A stretch of 64,000 nucleotides of DNA from Trichosphaerium sp. ATCC 40318 (lineage: Eukaryota > Protista > Tubulinea), in the NCBI GenBank assembly GCA_038496445.1, contig JALMLS010000562.1:1-64000 (forward strand). The letters are read 5' to 3'. Shown piece by piece: positions 13,294 to 25,745 of this stretch (positions within the stretch are counted from its first letter, which is position 1; each line of letters begins with the position of its first letter). The position numbers and the translations under genes were made by a program. The notes below the pieces were generated by a model. The model was not told the origin of the DNA, ran no database searches, and saw only the letters and a list, made by a program, of their open reading frames with translations.

Positions 13294-14886
13294 ATGGCAA
13301 ATACTGATATTTGGGAAGCTGAAGAGATACTAAAACGGCGAAATACGAAGGTTGGGTCAACTACAAGAATAAAAGTAACTGTCTTTAGACCGGAACGGAA
13401 TACCTAGTTAAGTGGTGCGGCTATGGAGTAGAAGACGCAACTTGGGAGGTAAAAGCAATCAAGAACAGCAAGTAAACACGTTGTAACTCTCTACATAGCC
13501 TGAGGATGACGTAGACGATGTTTTAATCTATAAATTCGTTTCCAGAAAGAAAGTACATAAACAACCCTCAAAACAAGCGTCAAAAAGTAAAAAGAAGCGT
13601 AACAAAGCCAAAGAACCACAACCAGCACTTACAGTAAATCCAAAAGAACTTTTTGATCTAGAATGGGAAAAGGGAGATCCAAGCCACTTTTTCAAGAAGT
13701 ACCCTTACGCTGATGATGGATATGTTAAATCTTTCGATCCAGAGGATAGCAAGACATACCTTGAGTACTTGAAGACATATGGATTCGTTGTTGTTCGTAT
13801 CCTAACAGAGGTAGAATGTGAGGCTTCAGTGAAGGTATGATATTTATCTATTTTTAACTGCAACTTATCACGTGATTTTTTTCGGTATAGGCTTTATTTG
13901 AAGAGGCTAATGAAGCTGCTGCTGATACACAGAAAACAAAGATTTTATTGGAAGATCCAATGACATGGGAGATTGAGAATTGGCCCAGTAGAAGCAAGTT
14001 TTTATTCCGTGGTGCTGCAGTACATCCTATTGCATGGAAAAATAGAGTGAACAAAAATATGTACAAAGTTTTTAGTGAGATTCATGGAACAAAGAGATTA
14101 TGGACTTCAATAGACTTTTGGAGTCTAATGCGTGGTTCATCAAATCTACGGTTTGTTAAAGAAGATACAAAGGAAGTTTACTATACATCAAGAAAAGACT
14201 GGCGTTATCAACTTTCTCTTCATTGGGATCTAAATCCATGGGATTATGTACAAAGGATAGAAAAAGGTCTTACAGCAAGATATCAGGCTCTTGTAGCTTT
14301 AGTAGATTGTCCGCAATCTGTAGGCGGATTCTTACCTGTACCAGGATCTACACGTTATCTTCCTAGATGGTATGTGTTTTTTTTAATTTTAGAAACTTTT
14401 CTTTTATTTGTGCTGTTGACAGTACCAGTGCATTGTATTGTTGTTTGTCCTGCCATAATGTTAATATGTTAGGTGTTCAAAACATAAGAAGAAAGAAGGC
14501 GACGTATCTATTCGTGTGCCTGCTGGTGACATTATGCAAAAACACACACAAAGAGTGCGTTTTCATTTTTTAAAACTCTACTGTCATTTCTTGTTACTTT
14601 TTTGTACAACTTACATCTGTACAAGATTCCAATACGTAAGGGTGAGATGGTTATTTGGAATTCTGGCTGTGCACATGCAAACTATTCAAATAACTCTGAT
14701 AAAATGAGGTTAATACAATTTGTTAAAATGGCGCCTGCCAAAAAAGAGTGCTATGATAGAGAAAAAAGGGCAGCTCCTCGTATGTTGGATGATGTACCAT
14801 CTCTTAGAGAAGAGCTATCAAAGATACAACTTGATGATTTTGGAAAAAAACTATTTGGACTCAAAGATTGGACTGCAGATGATTAA
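13294..14886 (+). CDS. Chromodomain fused to PhyH-like 2OG-Fe(II) dioxygenase
   Basis: N-terminal IWEAEEILKRR..EYLVKWCGYGVEDATWEPE; then YGFVVV, LHWD, YQALVAL, GGFLPVPGS, GEMVIWNSGCAHAN..R. One reading frame via GT-AG introns. Confidence 0.85.
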
Positions 14887-15160
14887 AGCATATAACTCTT
14901 GTAATAACATATTGAATCGACACATACAATAGGTCTAATGGTCAAGTTTTGAACAAATGGTAAAGTCCATGACTAGTGTTAAGCAGACTTTACAGGGTAG
15001 GCAAGATAAAAACAGTTTAAATTGAAATAAACACCTTTTACTGTCCCTTAAAAGGGTTCTGGGCAAGTTGGTTTGTTTTCCTTCACTAAGAGTACTCCTG
15101 TGGATGCTTACTAAGGGTTCTCCTGTGGTATATATTATATATTTTCTTTTTTAATGTGTT

Positions 15161-17762
15161 TTACAAGTTTTCTTCTTCTTTTACATTTAGCCAACTCTTT
15201 CTTCTATCTCTTTTAGAGGAAGTTGACAATAATCCTCCATCATACATTTTCGTTACTTTCATTGTGAAAACATCAGGTTCTTTAGGTTCTTTAGGTGGTA
15301 CAGGCGGGGGCCTTTTACGCTTGGGAAACAAAGCAGCATTTGGAGGAGCTGGTGCGCCAACTGAAAAAAAAGTCATTAAGTCGAAAACATCAAAAAATAA
15401 AGAAGACGAACTTGTGTTCCTTTGGCGACCTATACTTTTTCCGTTTGCGTATGGATGTAAAAAAGGTGCTGAAGTACTTCCTACAAGAGGAGGTGGCCTA
15501 TTTGGCGGTCGAGAAGGTTTTAAATATCCTTCAGACTTTGAAGTAGAAAGTAGATTCGGATTGTTATAAATCGCATTGTCGTTTGCATAAGTGCCAATAT
15601 TTGTGTTTGATCTCTTCTGTCCAAAAGATCTTTTTTTTTGTTTCTTAGTATGATCATCGTCTTATGGTATTTTATTATGCGTACTTTATTCGTTTGGAGT
15701 GTTTACCACGCTTAGGTGCACCAAGAGATCTTTTTGAAGAAACTGTTCTAATTTGAGGTGCTTTTTTAGCTGACGGATCTTTCCTGCTCTCTGTCACACT
15801 CACAACGTATCTTGGTAGTATCTATACAATTTAGTCATTAAATATGCTGGATAGGTATGGATAGTATACCTGGTATTCGTTGAAAATCACTAACTCATCA
15901 AAACACAATCCAGATTTTGGTTGAACTGGTTCACCGTATTGATTTACTATCAAACAATAAGAACTTGTTGCAGAATGTTTATATAATGAGTACCAGTGGC
16001 GTAGTGAGCAGTACATCCTTCCATTTGTGGTTTGCCTAGTATTGAAGGCATGTAAGTTTATGTACAATGAGCACGTGCTGATCACATGCGAGAGGACAGC
16101 AGTTCAAGAAAACTGTTGGTGCTATTTTGGTGTACCTTTTAAGCTGATTTTTTTGTTAAGTGGATTCTCTGTTGCAGGATAAGCTTGCCCTGGTATTACA
16201 TAGCAAAGAGCTAGTGTCATCTCTCCTGCATCATCTGGTGAGCAGTATCTCTAGGTTGTAGAAGTTAGAGTTTAAGAAAATGTTGTGATGAGCTTGTGGT
16301 GAGGCTGCGTACTTGGACCATATAAGGAACTGAAGAAGAAAAGTATACCCCATCTCCAAAGTTACCATCTTTGTTCTTAAGACTAGTAGCACCACCTATT
16401 GTTTTTATCAAAAGTAAGAGAGACGTTCAAGCTTGAACTTTTTTTCTTCTTCGTTGTTTCTTTGTTTTTGTTTTAAATAGATACTTACCTAAATTGCATA
16501 GGTTCCATACATCTATATTACTACCTCCAAATACACAAGGGAGAATACTTATCTAAAAAGGAAAATTTAAGTAATTATAAAAGTGTTATGATGGCTTGAA
16601 TGTTTTTTCTTTTTTTTTGTGGATTGTACTTTGGGATCTGCGAGTTTACATTTCGCTATCCGTTTTTGCAAATATTCACTAACAGTATTCCTCTTTGCAC
16701 TACCTTTATCCTATACAAATACAATATTTAACATCAAAAATAAAGTCACAGATGTTGTTGATAGCGAAAAAAAAACCACAAAGACTTACTGTTGTTTTCC
16801 ATCGTTGACTTCTATGTTTTGGATTTTCTGCATTAAAAAATTAGCACATACAATAGCTCTAATATGTAGGAAAATAAAGAGAAAGTACTACCTTTTATAA
16901 CTGTCAACTCGTGATGTTGTATATTGTAGCATTGTTCAAAATTCTTTACCATAGCTTCATTATGTACAGCGTAAATATTAACTATTTTAAACGCTCTACC
17001 ACCTAATTTAAACAAAAAGTTATTGACGCAGGTCGCTATTAAAAGTTCAACAGGTAAACAAAAAGAGTTGTCAACGATGGACATGTATTAGGAAGTCTAT
17101 AATCATGACTTTTAATAAAACTGATAAACGTACTGAGCAGTTGGTTAAATATTGTGTATACTTTCTTGAGTTCTCTTGTGCTTTTTGTATAAACATACTG
17201 AGACTCTTCTTCAAGCCTAGAATCGTATATTTTCAAGGCTTTTGTAGGTTCTTGTCCATCTTCAGCAGGGAGATTTTGCCATCCACGTTGAATCATAAAA
17301 GGCTGACGTCATTCTTAGCACAGGAAGGAAATAACAAAAAACCCAGTTCGAGTACTTACCCTGTCAAATATCCATTCTCTTTTTGTTGAGCCACTATCCA
17401 CTATCCTAGTACAATGATCAACAAACTTAATAGATGACATTGGATTTTATGTAATACTTACTTCAGTTTAAAAGCTTTTGTTCTTTTTGAGACACTAACA
17501 AGTGGCTCAAACTTGTTATTATCAGTGTTCCAATAAAATAAATCTAGAATAAAAACAAAGACTGTCAGCTCCAAACGGGTTTCTCTTTTTATCTTAAAGA
17601 AAAATCACGTGCTTATATCTCCTGGAGGTTCAAATTGTTTGATCGCTGCTTCTTTAAGTTGTTGTACGCTAATGATTGGCACAAGCATAATGTTCTTCAC
17701 ACCTCTGTATTCAACAAGGATTGGTGGTAATGAGTTATCTGTTGCTGCTTTTTGCTCTCCAC
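15161..17762 (-). CDS. PARP/ADP-ribosyltransferase-like domain protein with Pro/Lys-rich tail (5' end not resolved)
   Basis: Spliced GNFGDGVYFSS, LALCYVIPGQAYP, AHYA, FDELVIFNEYQILPRYVV; upstream IVNIYAVHNEAMVKNFE. Confidence 0.7.
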
Positions 17763-18297
17763 CTGTTCATGTAAGGGCCAGGGAGAATCGTATATACTAT
17801 GTACTTGAAAAAGGATCAAACTACTCTTGGTTTTAAGCGCCAAAGAAAAGCTTCAAAAAAAAGAAAAGAATCCCTCACGAAAGAGACAAAAACATAGGAA
17901 ACAACAAAAAATCAAACAAAAGTTGGGTTCGAAAAACATTCGAGTCACGTGTCCGCATAGACAAAAATCCCCCCAAAATGGCAACTTATCTTGACTTGTA
18001 TGGAAAAACATGCTTTTAAGCGTTGTAAAAGGTCAGAGTTTTTGAAAAAAAAAGAGTAGCTTGCTTCCCCTTCTCTTTTTTTTTTTCTCGTATTTTGCTA
18101 AACACAACCTTAAACACTATGTACGTATCCTTCACAGTAAACACGTGGCCAAAATATCGCCCAAGCTTTTTGTTTTAATGGACCAAAAGTCAACGCTATG
18201 TTTAATGTGAAGGATACGCACAATAATAGTGTTTAAGATAGTGTATAGTGGCTTCTTTCTTTTTTTTAAAACAAAAACAGCATGCACTTCTTTAATT

Positions 18298-19773
18298 TTA
18301 AAAAAAAGACGTCCTACCGATAGAATGGAGAGAAGCAGCATTGCTAATTTTTCGTCTCACAACACGTTTTAACTTTGGAGTTTGACGCTGTTTCAAATCG
18401 CCAAAATTATGAGATTTCTTTAGATGACGGTGATTTGTCTTTGTCTGACCTGATTTTTGATTTTTTTTAAATATCTGCTTCTGTCTGTTCTTCTTCCTCT
18501 CATCATCTTCAGCAAGTGTTATTGCTTTAATAAGCGTATGAAAAGGCTCCTTAACATTCTCGCCATTCTTCGCTGAAGACTCAAAATATGAACCTAAGTT
18601 TGGTGTTAATTTTTGGTTCTTGGTTGTCAATGAATGTTGTCACGTTGGGTAACACGTGTTGAAATAAGTTTTCTGGTTTTGGAATTTTGTGTTTTTTTTT
18701 TTCCACGTGCAATTAAATTGTTTAGCTATCGCTTGACCAACTTTAGTATTGACTTGTCGTTCTTTTTTCAAGTCAACTTTGTTGCATACTATTGTAATCT
18801 TTTTTAAACAATCAGCGACTATGACCCTTTGTATATTGAGTACCGGCTTAGGACCATTACTATAAGCGACATGATGTATTAAATTAGGAACCCAATCAAA
18901 AGAATCCTGACTTGTTGCATCATAGCTTAAAGAACGTCAGTTTTATGCGAAATCGGGTGACATATTTACACAATAATGAAGCCATCGCATTGAGCAGCAT
19001 CCTTTATACGCTCTCCGTTATAAACCTAATACATACTATAAACACAATACCAGTAGTGCGATAGAACCTCGTCATTTCCAAAATCGTATATTTCAAGTGA
19101 ATAAATAGTAGATTCTCCAGGAACCTAAAACACTTCTTTAACGCACAGTTTCTAAATGACTAGATAATTGCTAATGTTTGCAGTTTTATCAGTCTAGATC
19201 CAAATGATTTTATTTTTACTTCCAAAAACCTTAACGTATCATCTTGTTTATATACACCTCACCTCCCGTGCAGAAAAAAAAAGCAAACACAAAGACGAAT
19301 AATAAAAAAAAAAGAAACAAAATAATCACGTGATTTTAATAAAAAATGAGAAGTAAAGTGGGTACCTTTGTTTCAGTACGAAATACATCGAATGGTATGG
19401 TAGGGTTATACAGATCCTCAAACGTCCCTGTAATAAGCTTATAGATTTTTTTAGATACAAACGAAGGTATTTCTATATACCTGCTGTGCCAAGGATGTCT
19501 TTCCTGTCCATAAAGTCAACAAACAACCGAAGAAAGACGAAATACAAAAATAATTATGATTATAGCAAACAAGCGAAGTGGACTTGGCGTTAATTTTGTA
19601 CACTGATCGCTTAAAGAGCAACCAAGGTGATAGTTTACTTATTTGGTATCGAACAGAAAAAAACCCAAAGTAACCATTAAAAACGTGGTTTTGTATTAAG
19701 TACCTGTTACTGCTGCGCCAACAAGCATTATCTTATATGATGCGCGAGGCGTAAAAGTTAATTCCATAGACAT
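18298..19773 (-). CDS. Divergent Ras/Rab-superfamily GTPase with basic C-terminal extension
   Basis: YKIMLVGAAVTGKT, YNPTI, LEIYDFG, YDATSQDSF, NKVDL, YFESSAK; no C-terminal CAAX. Confidence 0.85.
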
Positions 19774-20268
19774 TTAAATAAACGTGTTAGGTTACGCCTG
19801 ATAAGTACGGTTACACATGACTCCGATCATTTAATTGTATCGCAGGAAAACTTAACACCAAAGGCGATTGTAGAATTTCGAACTAAGAAAAAACAAACGA
19901 AAAAAAAAAAAGTCACACGTGTTTTCCGGACCTAAGGAGGATCAGGTCCTCTCTTTATCATAACATACTAATACTCACGTACTAATTAAGCTTTGATTTA
20001 CTTGAATTGGTAAACTACTATTCACGTACGTGAACTGGAAACCGAGGAAAAATAAAGAAAAGTGGAAAGAAGAAACCTTTTTTTGGCGGAATGCGAAGAG
20101 ATGGAAGAAGAAACGGAGATTTTTCTTTAGTCAAAGAACTCTTTTTTTTTTTTTTTTTTTGCTATTTGTACAAACATAAGTAACGTGCGGCCATTCATCC
20201 ACCGGGTAAAATAATTTTTCTTATCGGATAAACCAAAGAAAGAGAGGAGAAATTCAACAAAAAATAAT

Positions 20269-23200
20269 TTACCCATCATCTAAGATGAGCTTGATGCTCT
20301 TTAACGTCCTCGCAACGCCCAATATCGTATCAATAGAAGATGTCTTGTTTGCTAGAGACCTGTAGTGTTCATTGAGGTCCCGAATAACAACTGTAAAAGT
20401 AGGTCCAGCAACAGTCTTTAGCATCTCAACCTTTTTTTTCTGAACATCCGATTTAGCCGGTTTGACTGCCGAAAAGTGAGGAACACGTAATGATGAGATA
20501 TCTGTCGTCGCCAGTTTTGGGTTACAAACAAGCTAAAAATATAAAGTAAGAGCCTAGTATAAGACTAAACTATGTCTGTTATCTCCGAGTACCAGTTGAA
20601 TGTTCCGAATGACTTTACTAAAGTAAACAACTTCGTTCATATTCTGGCTGTTCATGAGCTGGTTTTGTAATCCTTGTAGCTTCAAAATACAATTCGAAAT
20701 CACACGATCAAGCTTGGAACGCAGCTTTTCAGCTTTAGGTGCTAGCACACCACCATCCTACGCAGTTAAGTCAGGAAACAACTGATAAAAGTTTAAATTA
20801 AGTTACGTTTGTTTTATGTGCTTGTGTAGCCTTTTCTTTGCTTCCAAATAGTTGTAACGATGACTCTGGTAGTGGAGACATACAACTTGGATCAGTTGGG
20901 TCCATTGATGGCATTGTAGATAAGTCAATATTGATAGGGTTTTCTTTCAAATCAGTAAAGGTAGTCATGCTGACAAGCTAAAAAAAAAGTGGTGGTTATG
21001 TGACGTAGAGACAAGTTTGTTACGATTATGCGGTGGTACTCCTTATTTACCTTGTTGATAACGCGTAGGACATACAGAATGTCTTCAACAACACTCGCTT
21101 GGCAAGATTTTGCTGCTTTTTCCAGTTCATCTTTGAGTGTGAACTCCAATTTTATTCCAATTTCAGCTAGCTGAGTCTGGCATACTTCGTGGAATATAGA
21201 TAACTTTGCTGCGCTCTCATCAGTAAATACAGAATTATCTTCAGATGGAATAGGCTGAATATCTGGTATTTCAACACCACGTGCTTCAGAAAGTGGTACT
21301 TTGAGAAGCTAAACCACAAACGATAAGTGCGAGAAGTTAATTAAAATCATCAATTTTTTGAGCTCTAAAAGAACCTTTACTTACCGTACTGATAGCTTCT
21401 AGTGTTTGTGCAAATACAATAATTTGATTCAAAGATAGCTTGGCAGTCTTTTTCTTACCAACATCCACCTGTGAAGCAAAAAAAGTCAGACTTCTCCTTT
21501 CTTTACTTCAAGACAAAACCGTTTCGATGTGCACGTGCCTTTGCTAGTATATCATCAAACATCCCATCTGCTTCAATCTGAGATACCTTAACAGCATTGC
21601 GAGTCTCTTCAGATACTTGATTGCCTAAATGAGTCAGTATAGTGTCCCCTGCTATAAAAATCCTGCCGTTCGTCTTTTCTCTAACTGGTGGAGGACTATC
21701 CTTCTTTTTTTTTGTTATAGAAGGAGCCCTCGCAAATAGTCTTTCAGACCAGGTTTTTTTCCTTTCCTTACTACGCCTATCTATCTTACCGTCTCCGTTA
21801 AGATCAGCGTTTCCAACACTGAGCGAATCTGATGAACCTCCTTTGTTCATAGTTCCAGTTTCAGCTTGTACACCTGTAGATGCTAACACGACACGTGAGT
21901 ACATTAATATGGCAGTTTTTTTCTACATTACCTTTTCGTGCGGCAGCATCAGGGCTATTCGCAGTACTTCCAGTACTTGAGTTTAACCCTGAAGATGAAT
22001 CTGCTGGAGGTGGGGTTTTTGTAAAAGTGGGTACTGTATCATCTTTAGCGTGTGAAGTATTCTTATTTGGTTTCGGTGCGACTTCAGCTGATTTCTTCTT
22101 TTTACCTTTACAAAGAGTTTAAAATACAGACCACGTGAATAGCGTATTTTGTGGATCTTAAATACCTTTCCCATCCTCCTTCTTCCCCTTCTTCTTTTTT
22201 CCACTGTGAACACGTTTTCTCTCTGATTTTATCCTCTTTTTAGCCTTGCTACCTTTTTTGCCGCTTTTCTTTTTGCCAGTCTTCAACAGAGTACGTTACG
22301 ATTTAAAAGAATATTTTCATTAAAAGATGAGATGACAATTATTACCTTTCCAGGTGTTTGTGGCGTATTCTGTGGCGAAAGTGTAGCAGGAGTAGAAGCA
22401 CCATTGCTAGACGTAGCTGCAGTAGCTTGTTGAGGATCAGGAAGAGCTCCGTCAACATCGTCATCTTCAGAAATAGCTCTAAGCAACTGCAGAACGAAGA
22501 TATATTAGCGACATCATTGAAACGAAGCCGACAAGGTAGAATTTTGTTGGGTTTATTGACCCAATATTTCAAAAAAAAAAAGCAAACCGTTTTAACGCTA
22601 GTTCAATGTATCAACACGTGATTACTATAACTTTTGAATGTTTCTTTCGACATCACAATAAATATGGATTTAATTCATAATAAAAAGTAAAAAGTGGTTG
22701 TCATGCTCCTACAGAGCTTGGGGAACGAAGAAAAAATTGTTTCACTGCTTGTTTTAAACTAAGGATAATAAAATCTGCATAAACAATTCCTTTTTATAGT
22801 ATAATGATCACGTGCCTCAGTAATATTAGCCACAGTGGTACAAACCCTCTCCATCTCTTCTTCTGTAAATTGTTCACATTGACCTAAAAAGCACTTATAA
22901 GGACCTGTATACGTACAGAAATGACAACAATGACTGTATAAACGTACCCTTTATAAAATTAATTGATTCTGTAAGCTTCATAAAAGATCGTGTAATTGAT
23001 AAATAAAGGGAGCTTAGAACTTCTGGTTGTGATGCACCAGCCAGTTTACGACCAAGGTTTAGTGGTACATTCGTGCTCAATCTGCGTCGTAGTTGTGGTG
23101 AAATTAATTGTAATTTTTGGCTGTCGAGGTGCTAAAATGTAAAAACAAAGCAGTTAGGTTAAAAAAAAAACGTGGGTGTAAACCGAAGGCCAAAGAGCAC

Positions 23201-23632
23201 GTTTTTTTGTACAATCCAATTTTAAAAATAAGTATTTATCGATTTTATAATAATTGGGCTAGTTGGTATGTACCTTTGCTAGCGTTCTGAATAGTTCATC
23301 AACGTATAGAACCTCCTCTTTGGATACAAAATTTTCAAGCTCATTGTAAACAGTACAAATAAACCTCTCAACGTCGCTTACATCAGCAACAAGTATCGTA
23401 AGTATAGTCTGACGGATGTCAGATGGCCTGAAAATAGCGTTAGATAATTACCTTCCTCTTAAACTATAGCGTGCATCTAACCACATATATTACAGTAAAA
23501 TGCACGTGTAATACGGTATAAAAAATATAAATAAAAAAAAAGAACTAGCCATTGAAATTAAATAGCGTATTGTCGCTTATATGATGCGTACTTGTCCAAT
23601 GACATGGGTGGTGCTGATTGCTGCTTAGCCAT
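20269..23632 (-). CDS. Hypothetical multi-exon protein (helical regions, Lys-rich low-complexity middle)
   Basis: Chain of in-frame exons with GT/GC-AG introns, from MAKQQSAPP to KLILDDG-stop; no family recognised. Confidence 0.6.
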
Positions 23633-23885
23633 TAGCGCTACACCAAGCCCAAACGAACCAATTCAATGTGTACGTAGGTTGTGACCTCGCTTGACATTAC
23701 TCCTATTTTTTTTTTTTGGTGCTTGCACCAATACCCATAAAAGGTTAAATAAAGTTTACCTCTCGCTTCATTCCTCTGAACAAAAACGTACCAAGTCGGA
23801 AGAAAAAAAAACGGCAAAAGACGAATTTTGTTGTGATTGCTTTGGATTGAATTACGGCGTGTGTAAGTACATAAGGGTATATTTT

Positions 23886-24604
23886 TTATTTTACATCAGT
23901 GTCAAAGGTTACGTTCTCACCAACGTACTTGCGTAAAGGCTCAATACACTGCTTAATCTCGTCGGCAGTGCTTAACATCAAGCCACAGTTTGCGTCTTCG
24001 CTTGCAATGAGACTAATCACCATAGGCATGTGACTAATATGTACCTATTTTTTGGTTTGTTAGTCTACGCTCAAGATAGTAATTGTCAAACACTTTTTTT
24101 TTTTGATTTTTTGATTTGAAACGGCCGTAACGTACCACTAAGCGATCCTTATAGAATGTTGTCATTGTTTTATTCTGTCCCATGCCACATTTACTAACCT
24201 GTATGTATCATAAGCTGAAATAGTAATCAGTTGCATTTATCCATTTTATGCATCCAAAAAATCGATCATACTTGTAGTGACGCATTAGCGAAAACAGCTC
24301 CAAGGTTTTTATCTTGATCTTCAAGTTCTTCGCCGGCTTTGAACGTTAAATTATGTATTTACGCTCTAAATACCTTTAGTGATTTCAATCCCTTCCCTAG
24401 TAAGTGAGTGAGATAGAATTAACGAAAAATAAACAAACCTGTCGCTAATTAGTATCGTTCGAAGCCCTGGTATTCTAAGGTACAGTTTAGATGCATCGGA
24501 AGAAAAATGACATTACCTTTCAAGTAGACTGCTCAAAAAGGCTTGTATGGGCTCTGCCTGCTACAAATTAACGCTAATTACGCTATGATGATTACCTTTG
24601 CCAT
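23886..24604 (-). CDS. LAMTOR3: Ragulator subunit LAMTOR3/MP1 (missed by the ORF track because the exons are tiny)
   Basis: Spliced product ...IPGLRTILISDREGIEI...LGAVFANASLQVSKCGMGQNKTMTTFYKDRLVVHISHMPMVISLIASEDANCGLML matches the MP1 pattern (VSDRDG, SKLGLSKNK, LPLVVSFIAS..ANTGL). Confidence 0.88.
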
Positions 24605-24771
24605 TGCATGCACTTCTCTGCAATACCACCAAAATTTTTTATCAGGAATGTTAAGGACCTGTGCTTTCCAACGTTTTTGCATGCAGTACCGTTCAAAGTA
24701 CCAATCGCAGATCAGAAGCGACGCTAACAGAAATAAACAGCTGATACATCAAATCCGTTGGTAGAGATGAT

Positions 24772-25007
24772 AACGAAGCGGTTTCAGCACTTGCGGGAGT
24801 ACATACAATACATCTGGCTAGTACAAATGTGACAGACTCAGGCTTCAAGTTGCTCGCTGGGAGTCATACCATCAACCTCCATAAATGCACATGTAACAGA
24901 CGATGGTGTTAAAGCACTTGTGGGAGTTAGCTGTATTGGCTTTTATAATAGCGGTATATCAAAACCGGCTGTAAGAGTGTTAAAAAGAGCCACAATGGAG
25001 TACTAGA
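24772..25007 (+). pseudogene. Frameshifted leucine-rich-repeat fragment
   Basis: ALAGVHTIHLASTNVTDSGFKLLAGSHTINLHKC, a frameshift near 24891, then VTDDGVKALVGVSCIGF; no convincing start. Confidence 0.6.
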
Positions 25008-25745
25008 ACTAATGTGAAACATGTGTTTAGTTGATATCTAATCGGCATTTTTCAGTATGTTTTGCACTAAGTCTACTCTCTTCTATCAACTAACCCAGGG
25101 AACTCAACTTTAGGCGATGTTGGGACGAAGACAAAATATCTTGTGCTAGCGCAGCGCCAAGTATTTGTTATCTATTATACAAGCAACATTTGGAAAATAA
25201 AAGAAACGTTTGCAGTATTTTGAAACAAATTGAAAAGGAAATTTTTGGGTGGGGTGGTGATTCTGCTTGCCCTGTTCTGTATAAGCGTTGTAGGTTGTTT
25301 GTAGTTAATTTATGTGAGTAGCACAAGTATGACCCTAACGTCTGTAACGGAGAAACACGTGTTACATCAAATGCAAGCATTGTATACACTTGCAAATCTG
25401 TCGCTTATATCGTATCTCAAACTGTTCTGACTATAGAGGTCGCTCAGTTTATTGGTACAAGGACCGTAATAGAGCAACCTCAGTTCTATTTCTGAAAAGA
25501 AGAAAATAGAAGTGGTAACCGAAGCAATGCAGCAACCAAAAGCCTGTCGCTTTTAGGCAATCAGAAAGGAAGCTCACAATTCGGCGCCTTTGCCTTCTAA
25601 CACAGGCATGTGATTTGAAATATCTTTTTCGTTTCTCTGTTCACTGACACTTTCTTGAGAATTAACATTAAACGGAAATTCTTCTGATTATATTTGCTGA
25701 ATCAGTGAAAAGATCTTCTACTACAGTATCATAAATTCAAGCTAC

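Noticed and set aside
25264-25281. Minus-strand ACAGAACAGGGC resembling RNase P CR-V
   Set aside because: No matching CR-I (GGAAAGUC) or P4 partner was found upstream.
25332-25339. ACCCTAAC, a possible telomerase RNA template
   Set aside because: Only 8 nt, expected by chance, and on the strand opposite to the nearby hairpins.
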